A DNA stretch of 64,000 nucleotides. It comes from Desulfomonilia bacterium. Lineage in GTDB: Bacteria; Desulfobacterota; Desulfomonilia; UBA1062. A program made the position numbers and the translations under genes. Under the pieces are notes generated by a model. That model was not told the DNA's origin. It saw nothing but the letters and a program-made list of their open reading frames with translations, and searched no databases. Positions within the stretch are counted from its first letter, which is position 1, and each line of letters starts with the position of its first letter. The stretch lies in contig JBEKDT010000011.1 in the NCBI GenBank assembly GCA_050014195.1, forward strand, positions 115,469-179,468, given 5' to 3'. This document shows, in pieces, positions 38,459-48,071 of the stretch.

Positions 38459-40162
38459 TCACACCAGAAGCATGTTGTTTATGGGTGCGCCTGCCGGCAC
38501 CATGGGATAGACGTCTTCCTCGGGCTCCACCTTGAAGTCAACGAAGACCGGTCCTTTGATGGAAAGGGCCTGGTGGATGGCATCCTCCACATCAGAGGAA
38601 TTCTCCACACGGATGCCGTGTGCGCCGTAGGCCTCTGCCAGCTTTACGAAGTCGGGTGATACGGCCATTGATGTATGGGAATACCTGCCCTTGTAGAAGA
38701 GCGACTGCCACTGCCTGACCATACCGAGGAAGCCGTTGTTGATGATCATGACCTTGACCGGCAGGTTGTATTGGACGGCGGTTGCAAGCTCCTGGATGTT
38801 CATCTGGATTGAGCCGTCTCCCGCGATGTCGATGACGACTCGCTCAGGGAAGGCCACCTGTGCGCCGATGGCGGCAGGGAAACCGTAGCCCATGGTTCCC
38901 AACCCACCCGACGTGAGGAAGAGCCTGGGCTTTTTAAATTTGTAAAACTGCGCGGTCCACATCTGGTTCTGGCCTACCTCGGTTGTGATGATTGCGTCAT
39001 CAGGGGTGAGGTCGTTTATCTTCTCGATCACATACTGTGGCTTCAGACCTGGGCCCTGATCGTACCGAAGCGGCTGCTCTCGCTTCCATTGGTCCAGTTT
39101 CTCAAGCCAGGGTTGTACGGCATGATGGAGTTCGGAGATATCACGCCCTTTGTCCTTTAAGTCTTCAAGCATGTCGGACAGTACGTTTCCGCAGTCGCCC
39201 ACTACGGGCAGATCCACCCGGACGTTTTTACTGATCGAGGTGGGATCGATGTCGATATGGATGATCTTGGCCTTGGGTGCGAATTCGTCAGTCTTTCCCG
39301 TCACCCGGTCGTCAAAGCGGGCGCCGATGGCAATGAGGCAGTCCGTCTCAGTGACAGCCATGTTGGCCGCATAGGTGCCGTGCATGCCGAGCATACCCAG
39401 CCAGAGCGGGTCATCTGCAGGAAATGCACCGAGTCCCATAAGCGTAGTGGTTACGGGGATTCTAAGCTGCCTGGCAAAGGCCATGAGCTCCCCAGATGCG
39501 TTTGACAGCACTACGCCTCCGCCGGCATAGATTACCGGCCGTTTGCTCCTGACGATCGTGTGCACTATGCGCTTGATCTGGCCCATATGCCCCTTGTAAG
39601 TGGGGCAGTACCCTTCCAGACATATGTTGTCAGGGTACTTGAAATGTATGAGGCCCCTCATGACATCCTTGGGGATATCTACGAGAACAGGTCCCGGCCG
39701 CCCGGTGGCGGCGATGTAGAAGGCCTCCTTGATTACCCTGGGGAGTTCAGCGCAGTCCTTGACCAGATAGTTGTGTTTGGTACAAGGCCTCGTTATCCCT
39801 ACGGTGTCCGCCTCCTGGAAGGCATCATTGCCGATGAGGTTGGTAGACACCTGACCGGAAAATACTACGATGGGGATCGAGTCCATACAGGCTGTGGCGA
39901 TGCCTGTTACGGTATTCGTGGCACCGGGTCCGGAGGTGACGAGTGCCACACCCACATGTCCGCTGGCACGGGCGTATCCGTCGGCAGCATGGACCGCACC
40001 CTGCTCATGCCGTGATAAGATAAACTGGATATCCGGCGCATCCATTATGGCATCAAAGATATCCAGCACGGCCCCTCCGGGATAGCCGAAGACGTGCTTG
40101 ACGCCTTCGCATCGCAGGGCCTCGATAAATGCGTATGCTCCTGTTATCTTCTTCATGCTCAC
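38459..40162 (-). CDS. ilvB: Acetolactate synthase large subunit
   Basis: [20 protein letters not shown] and the ThDP motif GDGSIQMN...NN. Confidence 0.96.
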   Translation of the reverse strand: MSMKKITGAYAFIEALRCEGVKHVFGYPGGAVLDIFDAIMDAPDIQFILSRHEQGAVHAADGYARASGHVGVALVTSGPGATNTVTGIATACMDSIPIVVFSGQVSTNLIGNDAFQEADTVGITRPCTKHNYLVKDCAELPRVIKEAFYIAATGRPGPVLVDIPKDVMRGLIHFKYPDNICLEGYCPTYKGHMGQIKRIVHTIVRSKRPVIYAGGGVVLSNASGELMAFARQLRIPVTTTLMGLGAFPADDPLWLGMLGMHGTYAANMAVTETDCLIAIGARFDDRVTGKTDEFAPKAKIIHIDIDPTSISKNVRVDLPVVGDCGNVLSDMLEDLKDKGRDISELHHAVQPWLEKLDQWKREQPLRYDQGPGLKPQYVIEKINDLTPDDAIITTEVGQNQMWTAQFYKFKKPRLFLTSGGLGTMGYGFPAAIGAQVAFPERVVIDIAGDGSIQMNIQELATAVQYNLPVKVMIINNGFLGMVRQWQSLFYKGRYSHTSMAVSPDFVKLAEAYGAHGIRVENSSDVEDAIHQALSIKGPVFVDFKVEPEEDVYPMVPAGAPINNMLLV

Positions 40163-40220
40163 CTTTATCTGACACCCCTCTTATTTCATATTCATTTCAG
40201 AAAAAACCTGCTTCAAGCAC

Positions 40221-40454
40221 CTATTCACTCCGGTATCTGCGCAGTATCTCCTCAATCTTGTCCTTGCCTTGCAGCTTGAGCTTCTGGATTTCCTTGCGCC
40301 GAATCTCTTCTTCGGTGCTTAGGTATCTCCTCTTATTCAGCTGATCAAGCTTATCTTCATACCCTTGATGCTCATCCCAGAGCTTCTTCAGCTCCTTGTC
40401 TTTGGGGATGAGCTTACGAATCAGTTGCAGATCCGTCTCTTCCATGTACTTCAC
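40221..40454 (-). CDS. DUF465/YdcH-like small coiled-coil protein
   Basis: LWDEHQGYEDKL...EIQKLKLQGKDKI; AAGGG RBS. Confidence 0.75.
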   Translation of the reverse strand: MKYMEETDLQLIRKLIPKDKELKKLWDEHQGYEDKLDQLNKRRYLSTEEEIRRKEIQKLKLQGKDKIEEILRRYRSE

Positions 40455-40666
40455 CCCTTATTTTGATGGTAAGGTACATCTAGACCATAGATAATCCAAG
40501 CTGTCAACAGATGGTTGCGCCTTTAAGAATGCGACTTTCCAGGGGTTCATGCCTCCGGCATGAACATATTTGAGATATGGATCACGGCCCTAGGTGCCCA
40601 TATATCTTTTTTACTTTTTTATCCTTTTATACCAATGAAACGGGGAAAGACCCAGATTAAAATTTA

Positions 40667-40694
40667 TCAAGACGGCTATTAAAACATCCGATAA
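40667..40694 (+). promoter_or_regulatory. Possible sigma-28 (FliA)-type promoter
   Basis: TCAA-N16-TCCGATAA ends 9 bp before the EAL-HDOD ATG. Confidence 0.4.
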
Positions 40695-40703
40695 AGATTT
40701 TAA

Positions 40704-41921
40704 ATGGACATATATCTGGCCCGGCAACCCATCTTTACGAGGAGCAAGGAGATCTATGCTTATGAACTCCTCTTTCGGGGAGGCATGCAGAACTATTTCC
40801 CCGGCATCGACGGCGACAGCGCTACCTCCCGTCTCTTATCCAACACCTTTTTCACTACCGGGGTTGAGCAGATCACGAGCGGTAAGAAGGCCTTCATAAA
40901 TTTCACCAGAGAGCTCCTCGTTATAAAGATCCCCTTAATGTTCTCTTCCCTGATAACTACCATCGAAGTCCTCGAAGATGTGAAGCCCGATGCGCAGGTT
41001 ATAGAATCTTGTACCGAGTTCTCACGGCAGGGTTATGTCATTGCATTGGATGATTTCGACTATATTCCCGATCTGGAACCACTTATTGATCTTGCGGATA
41101 TCATCAAGATCGATTTCATGAAGAGCACAAAACAACAGATAGAGGATTATTGCAGGCACTTTCTGGGTAAAGGCAAAAAGCTCCTTGCTGAAAAGGTGGA
41201 GACATCCCAAGAGTTCGAATATGCCCTGAAGAAGGGCTTTACCTATTTCCAAGGATACTTTTTCAGCAAACCCCAAGTCATAAAAGAGACCGAGATCCCG
41301 GCGATCAAAATGAACCTCATGAGAATCATGGGCGAGGCCAAAGATGACAACTTCAATGTCTTGAAACTGCAGAAACTTATCGAGCAGGATGTGGGCATCT
41401 CATATAAACTGCTTCGCTACCTCAACTCACCCTTTTTCAGGAGGCTCAATGAGATCTCTTCCATCCGCCAGGCCATTGTCATGCTTGGAGAAAAGGGACT
41501 CCGAAGTTTTCTTTCGGTTATCATACTCGCCGAGCTGAGCCAGGACAAGCCGGACGAGTTGATAAAAAGCTCGGTGATACGGGCCCGTATGTGTGAAAGA
41601 ATCGGCATTGAAAAAAGCAACGGTCTTGACACTGCCGAACTGTTCACCCTGGGCCTGTTTTCCCATGTTGATGCCATACTGGGCAACAGTATGGAAAATA
41701 TCATGAAGAAGCTGCCGTTAACCCAGGACATTAAGAATACCCTTCTCGGCAAAAAAAACATCCTAAGCGACTATCTTGATCTTGCAGTGAGCTACCAGCA
41801 TGCCTCATGGGAAAAGGTGAGCAGGCTTGCCGAAACCCTTAAGATATCCCATGAAAAGCTCCCCCGGATATACCTCGACGCCATTGGCTGGGCGGATTCA
41901 ATCTTCTCAACAAATCAGTGA
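40704..41921 (+). CDS. EAL-HDOD domain protein (YuxH-like)
   Basis: ARQPI, YELLFR, ALDDF, AEKVET and FQGYFFSKP, then HDOD DVGISYKLLRYLNS...RARMCE...GLFS. Confidence 0.92.
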   Translation: MDIYLARQPIFTRSKEIYAYELLFRGGMQNYFPGIDGDSATSRLLSNTFFTTGVEQITSGKKAFINFTRELLVIKIPLMFSSLITTIEVLEDVKPDAQVIESCTEFSRQGYVIALDDFDYIPDLEPLIDLADIIKIDFMKSTKQQIEDYCRHFLGKGKKLLAEKVETSQEFEYALKKGFTYFQGYFFSKPQVIKETEIPAIKMNLMRIMGEAKDDNFNVLKLQKLIEQDVGISYKLLRYLNSPFFRRLNEISSIRQAIVMLGEKGLRSFLSVIILAELSQDKPDELIKSSVIRARMCERIGIEKSNGLDTAELFTLGLFSHVDAILGNSMENIMKKLPLTQDIKNTLLGKKNILSDYLDLAVSYQHASWEKVSRLAETLKISHEKLPRIYLDAIGWADSIFSTNQ

Positions 41922-41957
41922 CTCATACATCCCTGTGCCCTGACCATAGAGGCATGA

Positions 41958-44051
41958 TTACCTTCCATCAAGTACCTTTCTAATGGTTTGAGCCAAGTCT
42001 CTAATCTCCATTGGTTTCATAATCAATTCTTGAGCGCCGAGCTCCTTTGCCTTTTCTTCCGTCATTTGTTCACTATATCCGGTGCAGAGGATAACAGGGA
42101 TGTTGTGCCTGATCTTCAGCATCTCTTGAGCAAGCCTATCCCCTGACATGACGGGCATGATTATGTCGGTAATCACCAGATCAAACTGGTCGGGGTGTTT
42201 CCGGAAAAGATCGAGGGCCTCGATACTGCTTGTCCTGGTAACCACACGGTATCCCAGGTATCTTAAACCTTCTTTCACTGCCTTTCCCAGAATCTGCTCA
42301 TCATCAATGAAAAGTAAGCGCTCGGTTCCATTCAGGCAAGACGTCCCGGATCGAGGCGCCGCTGCTTCTTTTTTGAATTCAATTTCAGGCAGATATATAT
42401 CAATCGTGGTTCCTTCTCCCGGCATGCTCTTGCAGGTGATCGCCCCCTTGTGACTTTTTACAATCCCGTGCACAACCGATAGCCCCAGGCCGGTACCTCG
42501 GCCTTTCTCTTTGGTGGTAAAGTAAGGATCAAAAATCCGTTCCAGAACCTCAGGGGTCATGCCGTGTCCTGTATCACGTACAGAGAGCCTCAGATAAGGT
42601 CCGGGTGGCAGATCCAGAGCAAGGGCCTCGACACCTTCATGTACATCCACTTTATTCAAGCTTACGTCCAGCACACCTCCCCTCTCACCCATGGCATGGG
42701 CTGCATTGGAACAAAGGTTCATCACCACCTGATGTATCTGTGTGGAGTCTGCCATAACCCGGCCATTTGCGGGCAGGTTCTGCCGGATCTCAATGGTCTT
42801 GGGTAGGATTGCACGCAGCATCTTGAGCGATTCCTTGACGGTGACGTCGAGCTTGAGTTGAATATATTCATGTTTGGTACGCCGGCTGAAGGCAAGAATC
42901 TGTTTCACGAGGTCTCTCGCACGGCTACTCACTTTAAGTATCTCATCAATGTTTTTCCGCACCTTATCGGTTTCCGGGACAATATGTTTTCCCCCTTCCG
43001 CGTAAGCGATAATGGCGGAAAGGATATTATTGAAATCATGGGCAATGCCGCCGGCCAATGTACCCAGGGCCTCCATTTTCTGGGCTTGCATGAGTTGGGC
43101 TTCGAGCTTTTTTCTTTCTTCGTCGGTTTGTTTGCTCTCGGTGATGTCTTCAAGTGTTTCTATGGCGCCTACGAGATCTCCTGCAGTATTCCTGATAACA
43201 GCGGCGGTAAAACGAAGCCACTTACCTTTCCCCTTAAGCGATGGGAAAAAATCGATGGCTTCATAGGCCTCATTGATCAATTGAGATTTACTGAACTTGC
43301 CGGGATACCATTCGGGAATGGCTTCCAATGCCCCATCGACAATGAGATCGGCCATGCAGGGCCTTTTACTGTCATAGAAGGCCTTCCAATGGTCGCATGT
43401 GCCGACAATGTCCTCTGTTTTGATCCCGCTCAGGTGTTCCAAGGCCTCATTCCAGTAAATAACCCTGTGGTCTTTATCGATGACAAATGTGGAGATAGGT
43501 GAGCCATGGAGGATGATCTTAAGTCTCTGTTCGCTCTCTCGCAGGGCCTCTTCAGCCTGTTTGTGCCCGGTGATATCTCGGATGACGCCGTCATAGGAGA
43601 TGAGGATCCCGCCCGGATCACGATGGAGCACCGGCGTATTGCTTACCCACCGCACACTACCATCCTTGCGCCTGATACGGTGCTCGATGGCGCCGACGTT
43701 TTTTCCCTCAAGAATCCGTGATGCATGATCCCGGACTATCTCCCTGTCTTCCTCCACAACCATGTTTAACCATAAAAAGGGGTCATTATTGAATTCCTCG
43801 GCAGTATATCCTGTCACGGTTTCGCAAACAGGGGTATGCAAGGTACGCACAGCAATGCCGTCTTCCACATGAACCGTGAAGATGTAATCCGTTATAGCCG
43901 AGGTTATCCGCCGGTACCGCTCTTCGCTCTCCTTGAGCGCCTCTTCCATCTGCCTGCTATCGAAGGTTGATTTTTCCAGTTCAGTGATCTGCAGGCGTGC
44001 TTCAGCCAACTCTTTTATGAGCTGATCTTTTGTTATCTCATCATCATTCAC
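41958..44051 (-). CDS. Soluble PAS-PAS hybrid histidine kinase
   Basis: AGGIAHDFNN H-box, NLCSNA, DTGHG, FTTK, GTGLGL and a C-terminal receiver (IDDE, TDIIMP, KP). Confidence 0.93.
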   Translation of the reverse strand: MNDDEITKDQLIKELAEARLQITELEKSTFDSRQMEEALKESEERYRRITSAITDYIFTVHVEDGIAVRTLHTPVCETVTGYTAEEFNNDPFLWLNMVVEEDREIVRDHASRILEGKNVGAIEHRIRRKDGSVRWVSNTPVLHRDPGGILISYDGVIRDITGHKQAEEALRESEQRLKIILHGSPISTFVIDKDHRVIYWNEALEHLSGIKTEDIVGTCDHWKAFYDSKRPCMADLIVDGALEAIPEWYPGKFSKSQLINEAYEAIDFFPSLKGKGKWLRFTAAVIRNTAGDLVGAIETLEDITESKQTDEERKKLEAQLMQAQKMEALGTLAGGIAHDFNNILSAIIAYAEGGKHIVPETDKVRKNIDEILKVSSRARDLVKQILAFSRRTKHEYIQLKLDVTVKESLKMLRAILPKTIEIRQNLPANGRVMADSTQIHQVVMNLCSNAAHAMGERGGVLDVSLNKVDVHEGVEALALDLPPGPYLRLSVRDTGHGMTPEVLERIFDPYFTTKEKGRGTGLGLSVVHGIVKSHKGAITCKSMPGEGTTIDIYLPEIEFKKEAAAPRSGTSCLNGTERLLFIDDEQILGKAVKEGLRYLGYRVVTRTSSIEALDLFRKHPDQFDLVITDIIMPVMSGDRLAQEMLKIRHNIPVILCTGYSEQMTEEKAKELGAQELIMKPMEIRDLAQTIRKVLDGR

Positions 44052-44095
44052 GTTTTATCTCCTGACATGAAACATGGGCGAACCCTTTTACTTAT

Positions 44096-46273
44096 CTATG
44101 CCTCTTGTTGCTCATCAAGAATTTTCCTGATCTTCTGAGAGAGTTCAGCCATGGTAAAGGGTTTCTGGATGAAGCCTTTGCATCCACTTTGCATGGTTTC
44201 CTCTGCCTGACCGTCAAGGCTGTAACCGCTCGATAGCAGCACCCTGACGGAAGGGTCAAGCCGGTACAGGGCTTCAAAGGTTTCCTTACCGCCGTAATCA
44301 GGCATGATCATGTCGAGGATTACCAGATCAATCTTGTCACGATTCTGCTCATAACTCTTAATACCCTGCCTCCCGCTGTTGGCTGTTATTACCTTGTAAC
44401 CAAGACCATCGAGCATCTTGGAGCCGATATCCAGTATCATGGCTTCATCATCAATCAGAAGAACTGTTTCTTGTCCTTTCTGGAACTCGTCTTCTGACCT
44501 GTAATCGTACTCGACTTCTCTATTCGATGCGGGGAGATAAATCATAAAAGATGTCCCACGGCCTTCTTCACTCTCCACATGGATGAACCCGCCATGGTTC
44601 TTGATAATGCCGTACGCCGAGGCCAAACCCAGACCGGTCCCGTGGCTTCGCTCCTTGGTGGTGAAGAACGGCTCAAAAATCCGCGCCTTGGTGGCCTCAT
44701 CCATACCGATGCCGGTATCCGTGATAGTCACCTTTACGAATTTCCCCGCCTTGATGTCGTAGGGGTTTACATCCATCTCGTCCAGCTCAGCATCCTCAAC
44801 CGAGAGGTATAGATCGCCCCCGCCGGGCATGGCCTGCCACGCATTCACATAGAGATTGAGTAATACCTGCTCCATCTGTCCGCGGTCTACCTCCACGGTT
44901 AAGAGCCCTTCATGAATCTTGCGATGTATACGGATCTCCTTTTTGGTCTGTCCGAACAATTCTGAGCTTTTGCTCACTAACCCCCCGAGATCCGTGGGCT
45001 TGACCTCGTATTTGCCCCCCCGTGCGAATCCTAAAAGTTGCTTGGTGAGATCGGAGCCACGCTGAACGTATTCCTCAACATTTTTGAGCCGATCATAAAA
45101 CGGGTGCGATTTATTCGCGTGCATGAGCATAAGCGAGACATTTCCGAGGATACCCATGAGTAGATTGTTGAAATCATGAGCAATGCCGCCGGCCAATGTC
45201 CCTATAGACTCCATCTTCTGGACCTGGTTAAGTTGAATCTCGAGCTTCTTATTCTCTTCTTCCGCCTGCTTGCGCTCGGTGATATCCATAAGGGAGGCGA
45301 CACTCACCTTGGTTCCGGGGATGATGGCTATGCTCAGAAAGATGTATCTCGTCTCCCCGTGTCGATTGATGAACCGGAACTCATAAGACTCGGGGGCAGA
45401 ACCCGGTTCTTTTCTGCGCATTTCATGGTATTGCCTCATCCTTTCCAGATCTTCCCTGTCAACGAATGCGGTCCAACTCATCTTGCCTTCAAGGTGCTGT
45501 CTCGAGTACCCTGAGAGCTTCTCATAATTGGAATTCGCCAACAGGATGGTCGTGTCCTCATCCAGGAGTACCGATGCATTACCGGTGTTCTCAAAGATGG
45601 TGCGGTAGCGCTCCTCGCTTTTTCTGATTGTCTCTTCTGCCTGCTTGCGCTCGGTGATGTTGCGTGTAATACCCTGGAATCCGGTAAACGTATTCTTCTC
45701 ATTGCGTAAAGGTGAAAAGGTGGTTTCGGTCCAGATGGTAGAGCCATCTTTACAGGTCTCTTCCAATTCAATAGTACGAGTTCTCCAAAGTTCCTTGGGT
45801 TCTCCTGCCTCGATCTCTAATACTTCCTGGAAGGCCTTCATTGCAACCCCTAAAGAGGCTGGGGCCAGGGCCTCGGCGGGTGTCTGAGACATAGTCTCTT
45901 CAACGGTGTAGCCTCGGATTCGTGTTATGGAGGGGCTTATGTAGGTGAAGCGGAGATTTGTATCCATGCTGAAGATGATGTCGCTTGCATTCTCGGCAAG
46001 AAGCCGGTAGCGGGACTCGCTCTCCCGCAGCAACCCCTCGGCCTTCCTGGACTGCCGTATATATCGGGCAATGAGAGAAAAGAGAAGAGTTGCGGTAAAC
46101 ACGATAAACAGCATCCCCTTGAAAAGGGAAATACGTGTCATAAGAATCGGATCACGTACAAGCCATCCAAGAATGGTATCGGAAAGATAGATCCAGAGAC
46201 TCCCTAAAAAAACATAAATCCCGACTATTTTCAGTACTGCCAGGGTATCTTGATTATTAATCGGTGGTTTCAT
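44096..46273 (-). CDS. Membrane-anchored PAS-PAS hybrid histidine kinase
   Basis: Two N-terminal TMs (LWIYLSD...KGMLFI), two PAS domains, AHDFNN, HATPase boxes and a receiver. Confidence 0.93.
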   Translation of the reverse strand: MKPPINNQDTLAVLKIVGIYVFLGSLWIYLSDTILGWLVRDPILMTRISLFKGMLFIVFTATLLFSLIARYIRQSRKAEGLLRESESRYRLLAENASDIIFSMDTNLRFTYISPSITRIRGYTVEETMSQTPAEALAPASLGVAMKAFQEVLEIEAGEPKELWRTRTIELEETCKDGSTIWTETTFSPLRNEKNTFTGFQGITRNITERKQAEETIRKSEERYRTIFENTGNASVLLDEDTTILLANSNYEKLSGYSRQHLEGKMSWTAFVDREDLERMRQYHEMRRKEPGSAPESYEFRFINRHGETRYIFLSIAIIPGTKVSVASLMDITERKQAEEENKKLEIQLNQVQKMESIGTLAGGIAHDFNNLLMGILGNVSLMLMHANKSHPFYDRLKNVEEYVQRGSDLTKQLLGFARGGKYEVKPTDLGGLVSKSSELFGQTKKEIRIHRKIHEGLLTVEVDRGQMEQVLLNLYVNAWQAMPGGGDLYLSVEDAELDEMDVNPYDIKAGKFVKVTITDTGIGMDEATKARIFEPFFTTKERSHGTGLGLASAYGIIKNHGGFIHVESEEGRGTSFMIYLPASNREVEYDYRSEDEFQKGQETVLLIDDEAMILDIGSKMLDGLGYKVITANSGRQGIKSYEQNRDKIDLVILDMIMPDYGGKETFEALYRLDPSVRVLLSSGYSLDGQAEETMQSGCKGFIQKPFTMAELSQKIRKILDEQQEA

Positions 46274-46306
46274 TGTTATTATAATAATCAATATCTCGGT
46301 CAGGTG

Positions 46307-46915
46307 CTAGGGACAAAACCTTTTCATCTCGATCAGAAACGGCTCCTTGCCTTTATAGTGGATTGCATGAAGGCCATTAGAACGCGCCCTTCGTACATGA
46401 GCGATCGTATCATCGATGAAAAGTGTTTCGTGCGGGCTCAGCCCCATTACGTTAAGGACATCCATAAACAGGCTCGGATCATTCTTGCTCTTGCCCAGGT
46501 GAAAGCTGTTGAAAATGAAATCAAAAAGGGTGAAAAAGTCCAGTCTGGAATCAAGTTCATCAAGCCAGTTGGTCTGGTCGCTCACTATGGCAACTCGGAC
46601 AGACGATACTTTAAGAGTCTTTACCAGATCTATCATCCAGTCACGGAGGATGAAGCGCTCCAGGATAATCTGTCTGAGTTCGCAATCGTTGCCGCTTATA
46701 CCGGTGAGTGCCCTGAGCCGGTCCCAGTAGTCGGCCTCTGTGCTGCGCCCAGTAAGGTACCCGCTTGAAATGATCAGGGCCTGGGCCGTTTTAAAGAATT
46801 CCTCCGGGTCCAGTCCATTCAATAAGGCAATGTAGGAAAGGCCCTTCCTGAAGCCCTCTTCCGCGATCACACCACCGAAGTCAAAAAGCACAGCTTGGAT
46901 TGTGTGTGATGTCAT
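46307..46915 (-). CDS. HAD-superfamily phosphatase
   Basis: FDFGGV, VSDQ, GKSK and FIDD motifs. Confidence 0.88.
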   Translation of the reverse strand: MTSHTIQAVLFDFGGVIAEEGFRKGLSYIALLNGLDPEEFFKTAQALIISSGYLTGRSTEADYWDRLRALTGISGNDCELRQIILERFILRDWMIDLVKTLKVSSVRVAIVSDQTNWLDELDSRLDFFTLFDFIFNSFHLGKSKNDPSLFMDVLNVMGLSPHETLFIDDTIAHVRRARSNGLHAIHYKGKEPFLIEMKRFCP

Positions 46916-46928
46916 TGGATTCCTCCTG

Positions 46929-47888
46929 TCATTTTATAATTGTAAGCAAAAAGTCCCTGAAAATAAAAAGCCCAGGGAGTATCCCTGCAAGGAAGACACC
47001 TGAGTTCCACACGAACAGGTTTGATGCAAAACCTGCATCCAGGTCGAACAGGACCGATGCCACTACCGAATAGATCGCAGCAGGCATGAATGACTGGACT
47101 AAGATTACGGTTTCCACTTTAGGGCTCAGATGAACAATCCTCAGGACAAGGAGCGTAACAAACGGTACGAGAAGGAATCTTATCATTGCAAGGGCAACAT
47201 TCTCTCTTCCCGAGCCGAAGAAGGAAGGCATCTCGAAATTGAGCCCCAGGGTAAAATAATAAAGCGTCATGGAAATCATGATGAAAGCATCAACCGGGAA
47301 ATAAATGTGGGGCCTCCTGATCCCGAGCGCCAGAAGAATGAGTGACAGGATGATGGCAAAAAGCGGCATGTTTTGGAGGCTCAGGAAGAAGTCGCACACA
47401 AATGCAAGGTCAAAGGGTTTTCCTGTTGATTGCCTGCGCGCATAGGGAAAGATGACAAGAAAGACAAACGGCATGAAGTAGGAAAGGAAGAGAAACGCCA
47501 GCCCGAGCCCCTGCTCTCCCAAAATAAGGTAACACAAAAAGGCCCCCATGGTGAACCCGTGGTTGGCGAGCGTTGAACTGATGAGAAAGGTTGCCGCCTT
47601 TTTCCCCCTGAGCCTTAGCATACGCGTTAATACGCTCCCAAAGGTCATACCGGATAATACCAGGAAGAGTCCTGCCAGTGGCAGTATGATGAGATCTTTT
47701 CTGAGGGTAAGCCCCCAGGTGCTCCACAGTGCAATAATAGGCTCGATAATGACCAGGTTGATCCTGATAAGCCTCTTGGTAAAAGCTAAAGGATTCCGTA
47801 TACGGCATAAGCTCTTTACCGTTATACCCAAGACAAAGGGGAGGATGATCAATACCTGGAAGAGAACGAATCTTGTCGATATTTCCAT
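46929..47888 (-). CDS. AEC-family membrane transporter
   Basis: About 10 TMs with NHGFTMG, IRFLLVP and MPAAI motifs. Confidence 0.8.
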   Translation of the reverse strand: MEISTRFVLFQVLIILPFVLGITVKSLCRIRNPLAFTKRLIRINLVIIEPIIALWSTWGLTLRKDLIILPLAGLFLVLSGMTFGSVLTRMLRLRGKKAATFLISSTLANHGFTMGAFLCYLILGEQGLGLAFLFLSYFMPFVFLVIFPYARRQSTGKPFDLAFVCDFFLSLQNMPLFAIILSLILLALGIRRPHIYFPVDAFIMISMTLYYFTLGLNFEMPSFFGSGRENVALAMIRFLLVPFVTLLVLRIVHLSPKVETVILVQSFMPAAIYSVVASVLFDLDAGFASNLFVWNSGVFLAGILPGLFIFRDFLLTIIK

Positions 47889-48071
47889 GGCAGGATCGTA
47901 TCAATCTCCTCACCTCAAGATTTATACACCAATGGCCTTGTAACATAGTTCTCTTCTAACATGAAGCCGTGGACATCGGCTTTGTTGTCGGACTGCAAGA
48001 GCGGAAACGAATTTATCTTGGAGGCTTCAGCTTTTCTCAGGCATTGAAGTCGAGGAACGAGGTGATGTGTC

